Origin: Paraspadella gotoi
Taxonomy: Eukaryota > Animalia > Chaetognatha
Length of the DNA stretch: 64,000 nucleotides
NCBI GenBank assembly: GCA_051294375.1
Contig: CM119265.1
Location: 5,689,696 to 5,753,695, forward strand
Direction of reading: 5' to 3'
Part shown: positions 38,344-52,607 of the stretch, one piece after another
Position numbering within the stretch: position 1 is the first letter of the stretch
How the letters are laid out: every line of letters starts with the position of its first letter
The notes under the pieces: model-generated
What the model was told of the DNA's origin: nothing
Seen by the model: the letters and a program-made list of their open reading frames with translations, nothing else
The model's database searches: none
Translations under genes and position numbers: made by a program

Positions 38344-40420
38344 GTTCAATTTGCAGACGCCGGAAACTACATGTGCAACAACGTCTTTCACCGCGACGCA
38401 CATAGTCGTCGGCTTCCCGACTGCACACCGCGCAAGCACGAGTTCGTCGAGAGCCGGAGCGTCGACGCTGCGCTGCGTCTCGCCGCTACGCCGCAGCCAC
38501 GTTTTCGAGGAGAGCGTCGAGCGAAGATGCAGGCCGCCGATCCGCGACATCCTTCTACGTTAAGGTAAGAGGATGAGCGAGATCGTATTGTGGGAGGGGA
38601 ATGAGGAAGATTGATTCGTTATTCTTTCCCATCTGGTAAACTCGAATCCAGAAACGCTCCGCACTCGGTAGCATTAGTTTATTTTAAATTACGAATATGA
38701 GATCTATAAATCAAATTGGTTTATTTCCCTCACTGCGTTGGCTCCATCGACTCAAATAGATATGAAGTATTAAATTTATTAAATTCACAAAAAATTTCTG
38801 CAAATGATCGTCAGCAGTCGGTTACCCTTTTCCTCAGGACAAGCCGTCGCCTTTGGCCTTGGTGGACCAAAAACCATCAGAAGCTCATCACGCGTCGCCT
38901 GTGAGACGTTGGTCAAACCAGACCCTGTGCAGCCTCACTTTCACGGCCCCCACACTACCAGACCACGGGTCTTCGGTCAGGTGCAAACTCACCTTTTTCG
39001 ATCACTGGAACTACAGCAACCTCTCCCGTGCTTGCGGTTTCGACGACTTGCAGGTAAGAAAGAGGAATAATACTTACCTAAGTTTGTTTTTTTTCTCTTC
39101 AAAACTTACCTCTGAACTTTCGAATAATCCTCTATCTCTTCCTCCAGTTAATTCCCGCCGAAATTCGAGTCCGGAGCAGCGCGTCGTCCTACCGCCTTCC
39201 CGCCACGCGCCGCGCCCCCAACCCCCTCTACACATCGCCATGTCACGTGATCGCCAATACCCCGATTCGCTCGGCCACCTCAGCTGTTCGGCGGAGACAA
39301 CCGCGCTGGGTCAAGCGGAGGGGAAAGAGGTGATGAGCAATCTGATATGATTAAAATCGTCTATTTCCATTAGTTCGTTTGGTTCATTTCGTTTAATAAT
39401 CGTTTCTGCAGTGAGAGTGAAGAAAGAAGATGAGGAGAGAGAGAGAGAGAGAGAGCAGAGAGAGAGAGAGAGAGGAGAGAGAGAGATGGCAGATAATATG
39501 ACATCTTTAGAAAGGGAAATAAAGCGTCGTTTATGTCTCTGGTAAAAACATAAACACTTTTAAAACCGGCCGCTGGACTTTTATACGACATCGTCTTCTT
39601 TTTTCTCTCGTTTCTGTCCCTCGTTTCCTCTTTTTTCGATGGGCGTGCGGTGGAGTGGACGTCGGAAAGATCAGGGCGCGCTCTGTTATTTCTGTATGGG
39701 GTGTATTTTCTTATGGCTCTATTTGTGTTGATTATATATTGTTTCGTAAATGTTTTTGTTTTTGTTGTCTCCTTGTATGGTGTATGTTATATCTTCTTGT
39801 ATATCTGTTGTGTGCTTCTTGATATTATTATTTATATCCTCTTATCTCTCTTATCTTGTATTATATGGGTATTATGTTATTCTTATCTCTATATTTATTT
39901 TTTATATTGTTTTTAATTATATATTTTATTGGATATATTATGTTATCTCTTATCGAGTATCTTTCTTTCATTCTCTTTCTTCTTCTTCTTCTTTCTTCTT
40001 TTCTCTCGTCTTCTTTCTCTCTCTCTTTCTCTTTCTTCTCTCTCTCTCTGCTCCTTGCTCAACTTGCATCATCGCTTCTCCCCTTCCTTCCTCATTCTCT
40101 CTCTTCACGCCCAAGTTCACCCATCCGCCCTCTGTCTCACCCAATTTCCTCCCCCCTTATGTCTCCCAACAGAATGGTCCACTGGATTCCGAACTCCCGC
40201 TCCTTCTCCCCACAGTCTCCCCCTATTCCTCCACCTATCGCCTTCCTACGCTTCTCCACCAATGCTTACACTCGGTCCGCCGTTCTCAGCCATCCGCCCT
40301 CACTCCGACGACCGAAGGAACCCTCTCTTACTCCTCTTCCTTCCTCCCCCTCGCCCGTATTCCGCGTTGCGTCCTCGTGTCCGAGCTCCCGCCAACTTAC
40401 TCGCGCCTCCGATCTGTCGA
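38344..40420 (+). other. Frameshifted duplicate of IgSF exons B-E (38344-38564, 38838-39053, ~39148-39309, 40173-40420)
   Basis: Same exon sequences and mostly the same splice sites as 26527-28606, but with numerous 1-bp indels. Most plausibly an uncorrected long-read copy; less likely a pseudogenic duplicate. Confidence 0.85.
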
Positions 40421-43400
40421 GTAAGTTTTTTTCCCCCCCCTTCCTCACCTTTTGTTTGTTTGGTTGTTTGTCTTGTCGAGTTTTGCCAAGTTTTTTGGGA
40501 GCGCGAGGGTTCTTGCTTCTTTCTCTATTATTTTTTACTTTTTCGCGTCAGTTATTTCGTCTCTTGTTTTTATTTTTCATTTTTTTTGCGATCTAATTTG
40601 TGTCGCGAAAGAAATGGACTACGTCTGTTTCTGTTTTTCTTTTTTTTTTAGTTTTTTGTCTCCTGCGACGGCGTGAATGACCGCGTTTTTCTGGTTATGG
40701 TGAAAAAAAAAGTCGGGGGCTGAATAGTGGATAATTGATAAGAACGAAACGAAAGAAGAAGGAAATGGAATTAAGAGATCGGAGCGAAGTGAGCGTGTCC
40801 GATTTCTGCATAAGGAAGGGGGAACGACCGCCAGGGAAAATGAGAGACGGAGAAAAAGAAAAAAATGAATTTTGAGAGACGGCGCATGTTTACTTTTGGT
40901 TGCCGTTTGTAATATTACCAGGTGTATTGGAATGCCTAGTAAAATGAATAATCTTCAGGAATTTTTAAACGGGGAAAGGATTGAAGGGATTTAACACCAA
41001 ACGATAAATGGAAAGAACAGAAGATTTTCTTAATCACATGAAATTTCGCGAGTTTCGTCGGTAACAAAAATTCAATATCGAGTCTGAGATCGTTCGAGAA
41101 TCTCGTTCTCGTTCCTGCCAACCGATTAGTTTAGTCTCCTTTATGAATAACGAATGCGGTCGTTCGGAAATGGGGTACGGATGTGTTGGTATGCGTCCGT
41201 TTAGGGCGGTAAACAACTTGTCTCCTCGCTTTTTTTTTACAAAGCATGACGCGTTATTTTCGTCCCATGCGTGGTCGGGACGGGTTTTGTTAGGTCGAGA
41301 AGCGTCGCGAGTTCGAGGCGAGAGCTCGCCTGATCGATCTTGGAAAAGCGAGAGCGCATTTGACTGTCAGCGTCAGGCACTGACTTTGTTGAACGTAACA
41401 CATCGTAATGAAACGGAAGGATGGAATGGATAGTGACTTGTTGCTAGTCCGATTAGAATATAGCTGTCTACCGCGAGCTGGAATACAAAGTTAGAGCGAA
41501 GTTTCTGTGTCCTTGTTTTTTTCAAAGGAACTTCTCTATCTGGGAAATGAGGGAGAGAAGTTGGTTCGGTTAAGTCCCTACCGTATGGTAGGTTTTCCGC
41601 TTGCCCGAGGATTGCCAAACAGGTCATGGGAGTTCTCGACAGCCGGGGCGATTTCCTGAGGTGAAGCAGGCGCTGATCAACGACTCAAATTGGAAAAGGC
41701 TAGATTTTTGTTTTAGATTTATACGATGTAAGTATGAAACAAGATTGAAACGGTGTTATTAGAAGCTTTTGTGATTTTACATTTCTTACTTTTCACGCCC
41801 GCATAAAGAATGCTGTCAAGAGTTGGGTAAGTGATAATTAATAAGTAAACAATTTTCTCTCTTCTGGATCAGTCATTTCTTGCGCAATATTTCAAGGTTA
41901 TGATGGTCAGACTGTCAAGAGAGAAGTGGAGGTGCAGCTGAGTGTCGCTAAAAAGTGCAGGAGTGTCACTAGGAGTGACAGGTGGGGAGAATTGAAAAAA
42001 GCTCGAAGCGATGACAGCAGAAAGTAATGCTCAGCTCGATATACCTCCTCACGAATCCGATTTACGACGGCAGAATAAGAAAGAAAGAAATTCTCTCTCT
42101 GTCTGCTGCTCTCTCAGTGGATCGTCGGCTTAGAAAGAAGGTTTTTACTCTCTAGCTCGGTGGTCACATCTCGCTCATGACTGATTCTGGTCCCATAGCT
42201 CCTCTCGCTCGTCTTGCGTTCGGTGCGGTGCGTCTGCGTTCGGTTGGTGAGCTCGTTTCCGAGAAGGGGAACGCTCAGAAGGATCAGGCGCGGCCAGGCG
42301 CCTCTTGCCGCGATGTGGGGCAAGCGGCAGAGAAGCTCACCGCCGGAGGGGACGAACCGTCGCGTAGGATATTCGGCGAGGGCGCATCGCGTTATGCGTC
42401 CAGGACAGAGGCGCGTGCGCGCGGTGGATCGACTCAAGCGATAAGATTTGCTGAGGCCAGCTGAAGGATAAACCTGCTCGTCGGATGCTGTCATCAGTAT
42501 GGGTGGGCTTGGAGGGAGAATCGCGGTTGGACGAAATGCTGTTAAGCAGAAGCATGGTACGTTCAGTGGAGAGTTAGCAGTACTTTATATGTGAGTTTGC
42601 TGGCGCAAATGTGTGTGAGTCTCCGGGTCAACCATCGTCTACGGGGGACGTTCGCGCGTCCAAGGGCGATGACTCTTCTCTGTCTCTACTCCCTTGTCTC
42701 TTCTACTTCCGGTGTGCTCCTCTTCTCGTACTCTCTCAGTCTGCGTGCCCGTTGCGGCCTGCATAATGTTGTTCTGAAATGCGACCTGGATCGTCTCAAA
42801 ACCTCGAGGTCAGATGTCTGTTGGGTAAAAACATGAGCGGAGGAAGACATTTTTTTGGAGAGAATGGGCGGGAGCTCGATGGAGAGAGAAGGGCAGAGAG
42901 AGAGACAGGGCTGGGGGAATGATTGGCAATACCGAGAGGGGAAAGAGGAGAGTGACGGGCGGGGAGTAGCTATGATTATCTATCGATCGGGTCAGAGCGA
43001 CAGACCAAATTTGCGTTCAGTGGGGGGCGGGTTTGTAAATGCGAAGAACAACTCAATTCTATTCTAAGTTATTCATCGAGTTTTTGCTAATCACCCTCTG
43101 TAGCAGAACGAACAAAAAGAAAAAAACAACCGAAACATGAGCGATGAGCTTTGTGTTTGTTTCATGGAACTAGCGGTTTTGCGATTATAACTCGAGTTTG
43201 GAAGGATTGTCTTGGGCGATGATCTTCTTCGAGCTCAGGTCAAAATAATTTACAGCGAAGTTGAATCTCGAGAAACGCTATCTAGATCTTGATAAAATCG
43301 GAATAAATTGAGATACAACAGAAATTCATAGACAACTTGACAACCCCTGGTACGCTGAGTTGTTGTTACTTGAATCTTCTGTCCCGCGTTGTTACTATCC

Positions 43401-46400
43401 AGCCCGGCTGAATGTAGACTCAAGAGGCAGGCAAGACATTGCCTCTTTGTGGATCTACATCAAAGTTTGACCTCTGCATCTAGCTTCTGGTACCGATTCT
43501 TTCCCAATCTGGCTGTCCGTCCTTTTCCGTCGCAAAACTCCAATATATCCTCTTCAATCATCTTGCAACTTTTTTTTGATAATCAACGCCTCCGCCGGCC
43601 CCGCCGCGAACTCGCGACTCGCGTTCATGCATCTCAGTATCCCTCCAGCGTCCTCAACCGAGACTATCATTCCGTCTTCATTCCCCCGTCGTACCTTCCC
43701 TCCCTCCACGCCGGGTCGCCTGAACCCCGCCCTCGATCCTCAGTTTTTAGTATTAGCCCATCACTTAGCTTTGATCCTGGATTCTGATGACGACCGAAAT
43801 CCAGAAACATCGCATCGATGCGCCCCCGCAAGAGGTTATCGCAGAGTGTGGTAGCACAAAGCCCCCCCCAGTCCACACTCCCATTGCGTCTCGTGCTCAG
43901 TCACGCGGAGTGTGCACGCCGCGGGTTTTCAGAAGACATGGGAGGTCGCCATGGAACACGCCAGAGCCTCTGCCGCGCCGCCGCCGCCTGCGAGCCGCCG
44001 CAGCCGCCGCAGGCCGCCAGCAGCCGCCACACCGGACGAAATACTGCCCGACAGAAATCGCATATGAATTGAGATCCTATACTGGCCTCAGCTCGACATG
44101 CTGTTTTTTTGTTTGTTTTTTTGTCCGTACCGTTGCGGTGTCACGGGGCGTTGTTGTTTGGTTGATTGGTTCGAGAGTGCGATGAGCTGATTTAAGTTTT
44201 TGCAGAAGGTCAAATTAATCGTCCAAATGGATAAGAGTGCAAAGTTTTTAACTAGAATAAGAAGAAATATTTTTATTAAATAATCTGCGGCCGCCACGCA
44301 TCTGCGCCCTTGCAATAATTCTACTTTCCTCTCGATTGCGCACATAACAAGTTCAATTTTTGAGCAATGAAGATCTATTGTCGTTGATATTTATATCGCA
44401 AATAAGTTATCCCTCTCACAATTTTGCCGTATCAGAAATTACTGGACCGACGAGATCTCACTCGACTTGCGGCAGTATTTGCAGCAAATTCACGAGTGAA
44501 TAGCCGGAAGCCGCACCTACTTAAAAATTCATAGGCCAATGGAGCAGTCAAATGGAAGTGATTAATATATCGAGATAAACTCGAGCAGGATAGAAATGCG
44601 AGCAGATCTGTTAGTCGTCTTTAGTTGTTGTTCTTATCCTTTGCTTTCTTTCTTCGTTATCACCTCAAAACTTCCATTAAATCTTCTTAGGGACTTTAAA
44701 TGTCTAATACATTTTGTGTTAAAATTAGAGGAACTCTGCCTCGATCGAACTCCACCATCTCGCACATACGAGATCCCACATCACACAGAACGGGTTCCGC
44801 CCTCATTGACCTCGCTCGCCCTCCATTTCTCGCAATAGCGTTCCGACTTCAGGCTCTTCGGGCGCCAAAAGAGGATTTTGCCGATGCGAAAGTGAATGGA
44901 TACTTTGACCTTTTTTCCGGCGTCTCCGTCCTCTCTCCTTCTTTCTCTCTCTCTCCTGCGTCATCCTCCTCTCTCTCTTGAGCTCCTCTCTACATCTCAT
45001 CTCTCTCTCTCTTTCTGCTTCTCTCTCCTCCTGTTCTCTCTTTTCATGGGCCAAAGTCTAAGCCAAAGTATACTTCACTTCTATTACGTTTTAGATATGT
45101 CTTTGTGCCAGTGACTCGAAGACCCAACACCAGACCAGCCCATGTTCATGCTATCGTTAGCGAGCTTACTAGGCATGAAAATAACCGATGAAGATATTAC
45201 ACGACAAAAAATTAACAATTATAATAATTATTTTTCTAATTCGCGCCTCAATCATTCTTCCATTGAAAATCTCTTTGGTTTGATTAGCTTCATTTCCTCC
45301 ATTGAGAGTGTCCGATTAATATAAATATCTTGATTGTTCTTTCATCTCTTGTATGTGTCGTTCCTCCCTTATTTTCATTCGTCTTTTTTCCGATTATTCG
45401 ATATAAAATCTGAGTCACCGACGTCACTCAAGCACCACCCTCCCCCGAGGTGTAGCCCAAGTTTTGATTTAGCAAAGGCGAGCTGCAGCCAGACACCATT
45501 TCTACTGGATCTTTACTTTTAGAAAAAATAAAATCAAAGAAAAGCATACATCACTCAACTTATCTTGTAAGAGTGAGATGGACGGCCTTAAACTCACAAA
45601 GCTGTCCAAGTCAGGGGCAAGATAGCTTATTTATTAAATGAATGGATAATTTTATATGGATTTGTACCATATTCTAAGCATATACTCTTGTAATAGATAC
45701 AGAAAAGAGAGAGAGAGGAGTGAGAACCGAGCGGACGTTATAAGCGAAAAAAGTAAAAGAGTTTCAGAAGAAAGCGATAAAGAATATAGTCTGAGAAAAA
45801 CAATTCTTTTTTTCTCCGGATGCCCGACCGAAGAATGGAAGATGTATTTTTATTAGGTTGGAATTTNNNNNNNNNNNNNNNNNNNNNNNNNGATGTTTTG
45901 TTCATTTTTTTATTTCCTTTTGTAGAAACTTCTTTTTTCCCCTTTTTCTCAACTCCTGCCTGATCTCGACATTCGTGGTGGCCGCCATTTTTCGGCTCAA
46001 CTTCTCCAAGATTTTCTTAGACATTACTTTCCTGTTATTCAGTTCGTTTGCTTTATCGTCTCATGACCGTTCCATTCAACGGATTTGGGGAGAAAAATTA
46101 CAAATTTAAAACGCAAAAAAGATTCATATTATCCATATGGCTTACTAGTGTTAAACTTTCCTATAAAATCAAGAAACGTTTATTTTTCATCGTTTAACGA
46201 AAAAAAAAAATTCAGAAAAAAAAAAGCAAAGCTCGCTAGAAATCATGAAAATAATTTTATTTTTTTCCGCTTTCCAAAAACCGTTCGTTTTCCAATTAAA
46301 CTGCATATAACGTTCTCGTTCGGTGACCTCGAAACGCCAATGAAATAAAATCATTTTTTTCTACATGCGTCATACATTCGGAAATATCCTTCCCGTATGT

Positions 46401-46659
46401 AATAAGGGTACGATTTAAATTCGGATTTCATTTCGAGATGGCAGCGGTTCTTCTCTCTCTCTCAATCTTAAAACCACAATCTCCCCCCCCCTCGCCCTCT
46501 TCTTTCCCCTCAAAACCGATTCCACTCGCGAGAGAATCACTCTGGAAATTCTCGGCAGAGGTGATTGCAGTTTTCGTTTCCCCCAGTTTCTCCCGCGTCG
46601 CATTTAAATTCGTAATTGCGTCGCGTTTACATCTTAAGAGGACCTCGATTGTGGCGGTT

Positions 46660-46709
<50 letters not shown>
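46660..46709. repeat. (GTC)n microsatellite
   Basis: Pure trinucleotide run; similar tracts at ~9685-9730, ~11746-11769 and ~24437-24465. Confidence 0.95.
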
Positions 46710-48822
46710 TGACGGCGCCGTTTCCGTTTTCCCTTTGTTGTCGCGGTTGTTATGATAGTTTTTAGTTCGCAGTTTCTGAATATAGTTGGTTTTTTTCTTC
46801 GTCTTTAAAGAGCAATCTGGATTCGTTTAACTCAATTTTAAAAGGCAATGAAATTTTTAAAACGAGTATGCAACTACATACTTAAATTCGTTAAATATTG
46901 GGGCAATACCACTTTACGTACAACTTCGTCTTAGTTTTAGTGGAAGATCAAGATTTCCATCCAATTTGAATGGAAAATACTTGGGGGGAAATTCGACCGT
47001 CGAACATACTAGAATATATAGATTCGAATTCGTTACAACTTGATTCATTATTCATTCATTCATTCATTCATTCATTCATTTATTTATTAATCCATTCATT
47101 AATCATCTTTCACACTTAAACCATTTACCAAAAATCTTCCTCCAAAATGTTCAACTGACGAGAACGGGCTTTTCGCTCGATTACTCCAGTTAATGAGAAT
47201 TTATTGCGACAACGTTCGTTTCATACTCTCCCTCTCTCTCTCCCCTTTCTCTCGCTCTCTCTCTCTCTTCAGTTGGCGTAAGCCCGGACGCAGGTGGCGC
47301 TGGGCACCTGCTCCCACGGGGTTTCGCGGCAGAATCGACGGCGGAAGCAAATCGTCTTGGTTGTTAGCAGCGCAGGAATGAGGACTGATGATCTTTAGTT
47401 TTCAAGTGTAACAAATCGAGTCGGATGGTTTCCTTTTTTTTCTTTTCNNNNNNNNNNNNNNNNNNNNNNNNNNNNNNNNNNNNNNNNNNNNNNNNNNNNN
47501 NNNNNNNNNNNNNNNNNNNNNNNNNNNNNNNNNNNNNNNNNNNNNNNNNNNNNNNNNNNNNNNNNNNNNNNNNNNNNNNNNNNNNNNNNNNNNNNNNNNN
47601 NNNNNNNNNNNNNNNNNNNNNNNNNNNNNNNNNNNNNNNNNNNNNNNNNNNNNNNNNNNNNNNNNNNNNNNNNNNNNNNNNNNNNNNNNNNNNNNNNNNN
47701 NNNNNNNNNNNNNNNNNNNNNNNNNNNNNNNNNNNNNNNNNNNNNNNNCCTTTTCTTTATTCCATCCATTTCATTCCTCTCCTCCCCTTTTTCTTCGATT
47801 TCCTCCTTCCCCCTTTTCGATTAAATCTTGACTCGGCTCTTCATTTCTCTTTCCTTTTATCTCTTTTCCTTTTTTTTCCCTCCCTTTTACTCTCTCTACT
47901 TTTTTCCCCTTTGTCTTCTGTCTCAAAAGACCAAAAGAAAATTCCCCGATTCGATCGCTGCCTCCGGCCTTTTTTTTCGCGGCCGCGTCCACCACGAGCA
48001 CCACATCTCCATCACCACGAAAACACCACAACCGAACAAATCTCTTGTTGTTCTAATTACCGTTACATTTATTACTACAAATTTTTCTGTTACTACTATT
48101 ATTATTTCAACCATTTCTATTACATCTATAACTAATTTACTACATACAACGCTAACTAGTGACCTATCCCGCCACCGTCGTTCGTTCTTTTCGTGGATTC
48201 AGCCTATCAACTTGCGACCGACCCCGACAAGGCCTTCCCAGGCCTCCTCCGCCCAGCTTCTGCCCAAGAGGCTACGAATCTCAATCCTCAACATCTCGCA
48301 ACTCTGCTGATTCTCGCTCGCCAGCTTTTTTTCCTCCTTCGATTTCCAACCGCAACAAGGATCGCCGAGCTTAGGAAACACCATTATCGAATCATTTGTA
48401 AGCGTCAGTTTTACTTCAAAGGCGAAGGGATGGGTTGGATTGTTAGGCGGGGCCGAGACAAATTATCACGTCGATTTAAGGTCCGATTTCAAGGCCGAGA
48501 GGGCTTGCCATACGTAGAGGCAAAGGATATTCGGTTTTCTTTAAACGAAGGACGCGTATCGTACATTCTGCAAGTATTTAAAATACTTGGAGCTACCTTA
48601 TGATTGTGATTACTGCAAATGCAACTGCTGTGGCGGTGGGAACGCCAAAAGATAAGGCCTTACAATATCGTTTAGCTGACGTGTCCCCGTTTCTAGTAAA
48701 CGTATTTAATTGAGAATGTGTGGCCTCCCGTATAGTCTGCTGAAACTCAGCTCGTCCCATTTGTTTGGTCAGCTAAGTATTCGTTCAATAACCGTGAGTT
48801 CCCCTTGATGGTGTTGGCATAA

Positions 48823-48863
48823 GCAATGACATGCAGTGACACGCAGTGACACGCAGTGACATG
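48823..48863. repeat. 10-bp tandem repeat (GCAGTGACAC) x 4
   Basis: GCAATGACAT GCAGTGACAC GCAGTGACAC GCAGTGACAT read directly. Confidence 0.85.
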
Positions 48864-49245
48864 AGGTGGTCGGGAGATGCCTCAGAGCCACACAGTCACA
48901 CCCTCGGCATCGCGCATATCTCCCCGTTGCCATAAATGCACAAATAAAAGTCGGGGAAAAAAAATTATAAATGAAGAATTTGTTCCCTTTTTCTATTTAT
49001 TTCCTCATGCCTTACCCCGCTACTACCCCGCAATTAGACCTTCTTCCAGGGCGGCCTCGTGAAACTAGAGACTTCCGCGGTCGTGATTTGTTGTCGCGCG
49101 TTTCCATGACGACGAGGTCGCGGGTCTCGGGTCGCCGGACCGATGGCCGATCCTTGCGTCCCCGACGGAGTCAAAGGTCAAAGGCCGGACAAAGACTGAC
49201 CGAGATTTGTGTGAGTGTGTGTGTGTGTGCGATTGTGTGAACGAG

Positions 49246-49278
<33 letters not shown>

Positions 49279-49374
49279 TGACAGCAACGAAGATTTGTTT
49301 TGAATCGGGGTTGAAGGCTGCAGACAAAGATGGATATTTGACAGTACATATATTTTCTTGCCACTGCATTCCAT

Positions 49375-49411
<37 letters not shown>

Positions 49412-50536
49412 NNNNNNNNNNNNNNNNNNNNNNNNNNNNNNNNNNNNNNNNNNNNNNNNNNNNNNNNNNNNNNNNNNNNNNNNNNNNNNNNNNNNNNNNN
49501 NNNNNNNNNNNNNNNNNNNNNNNNNNNNNNNNNNNNNNNNNNNNNNNNNNNNNNNNNNNNNNNNNNNNNNNNNNNNNNNNNNNNNNTATAAAGATCCGTC
49601 TAACGATACAAGCGTTTACTGGACTTCTCGCAATTTTTCATATCCAACTGAGACGAGGGAGAGAAAAAAAAAGTAAACGTCATTAATATTCCTTTAATTC
49701 CTCGTCTGCCTCTCTCCTCTTTCTCGCCTTGGTCTCCTCTCTCTCTCTCTCTCTCTCTCAGTCGTTATTTGCCTTTTTTTATATTTTCTCTCTCTCTCTC
49801 AGGAGGAAATTAGAGGAAATGTTCCAATCTTAAATCCCCTTTTCTTATTTTCAAATCCATTCCGTTGCTCCTTGTTCTATCTNNNNNNNNNNNNNNNNNN
49901 NNNNNNNNNNNNNNNNNNNNNNNNNNNNNNNNNNNNNNNNNNNNNNNNNNNNNNNNNNNTTTTTTCTAGCGAATTGAGAGGGTCTTTCAATCGCGCGCTA
50001 CCTTTCTGCCGCTTGAAAAATAGTTGTTTGCGATGAAAAGAAATGATCTTGTTTTTGCTCGGGAGATGGCGCGAGGCGAAGGAACCTTTGCGAGGCGCGT
50101 CCGAATCGTCGATTTGTCAGCGTCCATTTGGCTAAATCTATCTTTTCCACTTCAACGCTTTTACATGTAAAGTGCTGTTTGTCAATAAAACGTAGTTTCT
50201 TTTAACTAGTATTTTATAAAAAAGATTTTTATTTTTTTCATAATATGCAGATACCTTTTCCTGTTTATGCTTTCGTAATGAACGAACAAAAAAAGATGTA
50301 AAATACGAAAAATACGTAATTATTTTTAGGGCGACAAGGGCCCACTTGGCCGTCTTGTACATGGCATTGTCATTGGGCATGGTTCATTGAGCAAGGGCGA
50401 CGTGGAACGGCGTCGGGCGATGGCGTCGCCAATGAACGCCGTCGTATCGTTGAAAGTGGAAGCATTCACTGACGCGACGAACGGGAGAAATGAAGTCGGG
50501 ATGAGAGAGAGAGAGAGAGAGAGATACGAGATAAGG

Positions 50537-50569
<33 letters not shown>

Positions 50570-51139
50570 AGGAGAGAGAGAGAAGAAGAGAAGAGAGAGA
50601 GACGAGAGAGAGAGAGAGAGAGAGGGTGGAGAGAGAAAATAATCGATTTTCCAACGCCAAATACACGCAGTCGATTTTTAGAAAAAAGACGGCCAGGGGT
50701 GAAGAGACATTTCTCCGATGGTATTCGTGATGACCTTGTTGTTGTGTTGTTGTTGTTGGCCTCATTACGTCACTTGATTAATCGTCCGTCAGTTGATCGT
50801 CGTTTCAGCTGCCGCTGAAAATGCTATTAGTAAACGTTGATTTCAGTTAATTCAGCTTTTTGTTGTACATCCATTGTTTTTGTAGAAATTAATAAATGTT
50901 AACTATACTTCTACGATAATATCGATATAGAGTCGAACGATTGTATTTTGTGAGCCTATTTTACCGTAGAGTTTCGTGAATGGTGAATTAGTCTAACTAA
51001 TGTTTGTAAATGGTACTAAAATGTAAAACTTAATATTAGCAAATCATTGGCAAGAAAATACTTCGATTATTTAACCTCAGGAAATTGAAATATAAATAGA
51101 TGTGAAGTTGAGAAAGAATTGAATAAATTTGAGAATGAA

Positions 51140-51189
<50 letters not shown>

Positions 51190-51382
51190 AAGTTATGATA
51201 GAATGAGCATCACAATGAAAGGTGAGCAGGGAAGATCAGAAAAACGAACCTTTGTGTTCACGAATTTAAAGGTTTTAGAGGCTCAGATCGAACTTGGTGG
51301 AGAGAAGGAGTGAAGTGAGGGAAAAGAAAGAAAGAGAGAGAGAGAGAGAGAAAAATAAAAGAGAGAGAGAGAAAAGAGAAGA

Positions 51383-51426
<44 letters not shown>

Positions 51427-51634
51427 AGCACGAGAGAGGTGGAGAGCACGGCAGAGAGAGAAAGAAATGAGAGGGAGAGAGAGAACGCGGGGAAAGATGT
51501 TTTGGTTATGGAGGATAGGTAAGCAAAAGAGGCATAAATTATGGAAGTAAGGGCCGGGAATGAAAAGATTCTGGTATCCTGGAAATGATATTTATGGAGG
51601 CCTAAGTGAAATGTTATATGAGGAAAGAGAGAGA

Positions 51635-51687
<53 letters not shown>

Positions 51688-51802
51688 AGAGAGAAGAGAG
51701 AGAGAGAGAAAATGGGAGGGAGGTAAAATGTTTCAAGACTCACTGGATTATAAGATAAGATCTTCTCTTGTAGTCTCTCACCTGGCTCTCACACTCTCAA
51801 TG

Positions 51803-51833
<31 letters not shown>

Positions 51834-52558
51834 TCTCTCTCTTCTCTCTCTCTCTGCTCTCTCTCCTCTCTCTCTCTGTCTCTTTCTAACGATTCATTTT
51901 TTCTTAACTTAAAAAAAAATAGGAAAAAACTTCTTTTCACGATGAAATTGAAACTTCATTACAACGAAGAAAAAAAAGCGTTTTTTCTGCTAATGATGAC
52001 GAGACGCCGTTAAATCCGATTTTGAAGAGAAAGGAAAATAGGTTCGTTAAAAGCGAACTCACCTGCGATGTGAATTCAGCGCGTGATGTGATTTTCAACA
52101 CTCGAACGTGGGAACAGGTATTTTCGCCTCGAAGGCCAAGAAGGTGTTATCATCATAATTGCAATTTTCTTCTTCATTGAGGACAAAGAAATAGATTTCG
52201 AGAATATTGAAACGAATTTTAACATAGCAGCTGTTACGAAAATTTATCATAACTTACGTTAAGATATTTATCACAATTTTAATTTTAACTTTATTCGCCG
52301 TTATGATATGATGTTTTAGCCGACAATATTTGAAATATTGCTTCAATGATTCACATTAAGCATCGCCATTATTTTTACAAATCTCCGTTCGTCGACAAGG
52401 TCAACCGGGCACAATCGAAATCTTCGTCACCCGTTTTCCGGTAACCAGGCTTCCGGATCTAATTCAAAAACTACAGTATTTGTCCCATGACACCCGTATG
52501 TAATACATCCGCCTTCCGGGCCGGGTTGAAAAGGAGCCAAGTTTAATATCCGCGTCGT

Positions 52559-52607
<49 letters not shown>

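Larger units (their letters stand above)
24967..47447. repeat. ~10-11 kb tandem segment duplication (24967-~34905 vs 36805-47447), likely assembly artefact
   Basis: By eye 24967-25998 matches 36805-37836 exactly (offset 11838) and ~27590-28436 matches ~39400-40245 exactly. The intervening parts are colinear but differ by many 1-bp indels. Confidence 0.93.

Noticed and set aside
42190-42930. GC-rich apparent insertion with several ORFs in the second copy of the duplication
   Set aside because: The corresponding part of copy 1 (~30190-30560) is unrelated and equally irregular. There are no terminal repeats or domains, so it is most likely a low-quality read segment.
48193-48820. 136-aa ORF and adjacent complex sequence as a possible gene or transposon fragment
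   Set aside because: No ATG start, no splice signals I can support, no recognisable motif, and random-like composition between gaps.
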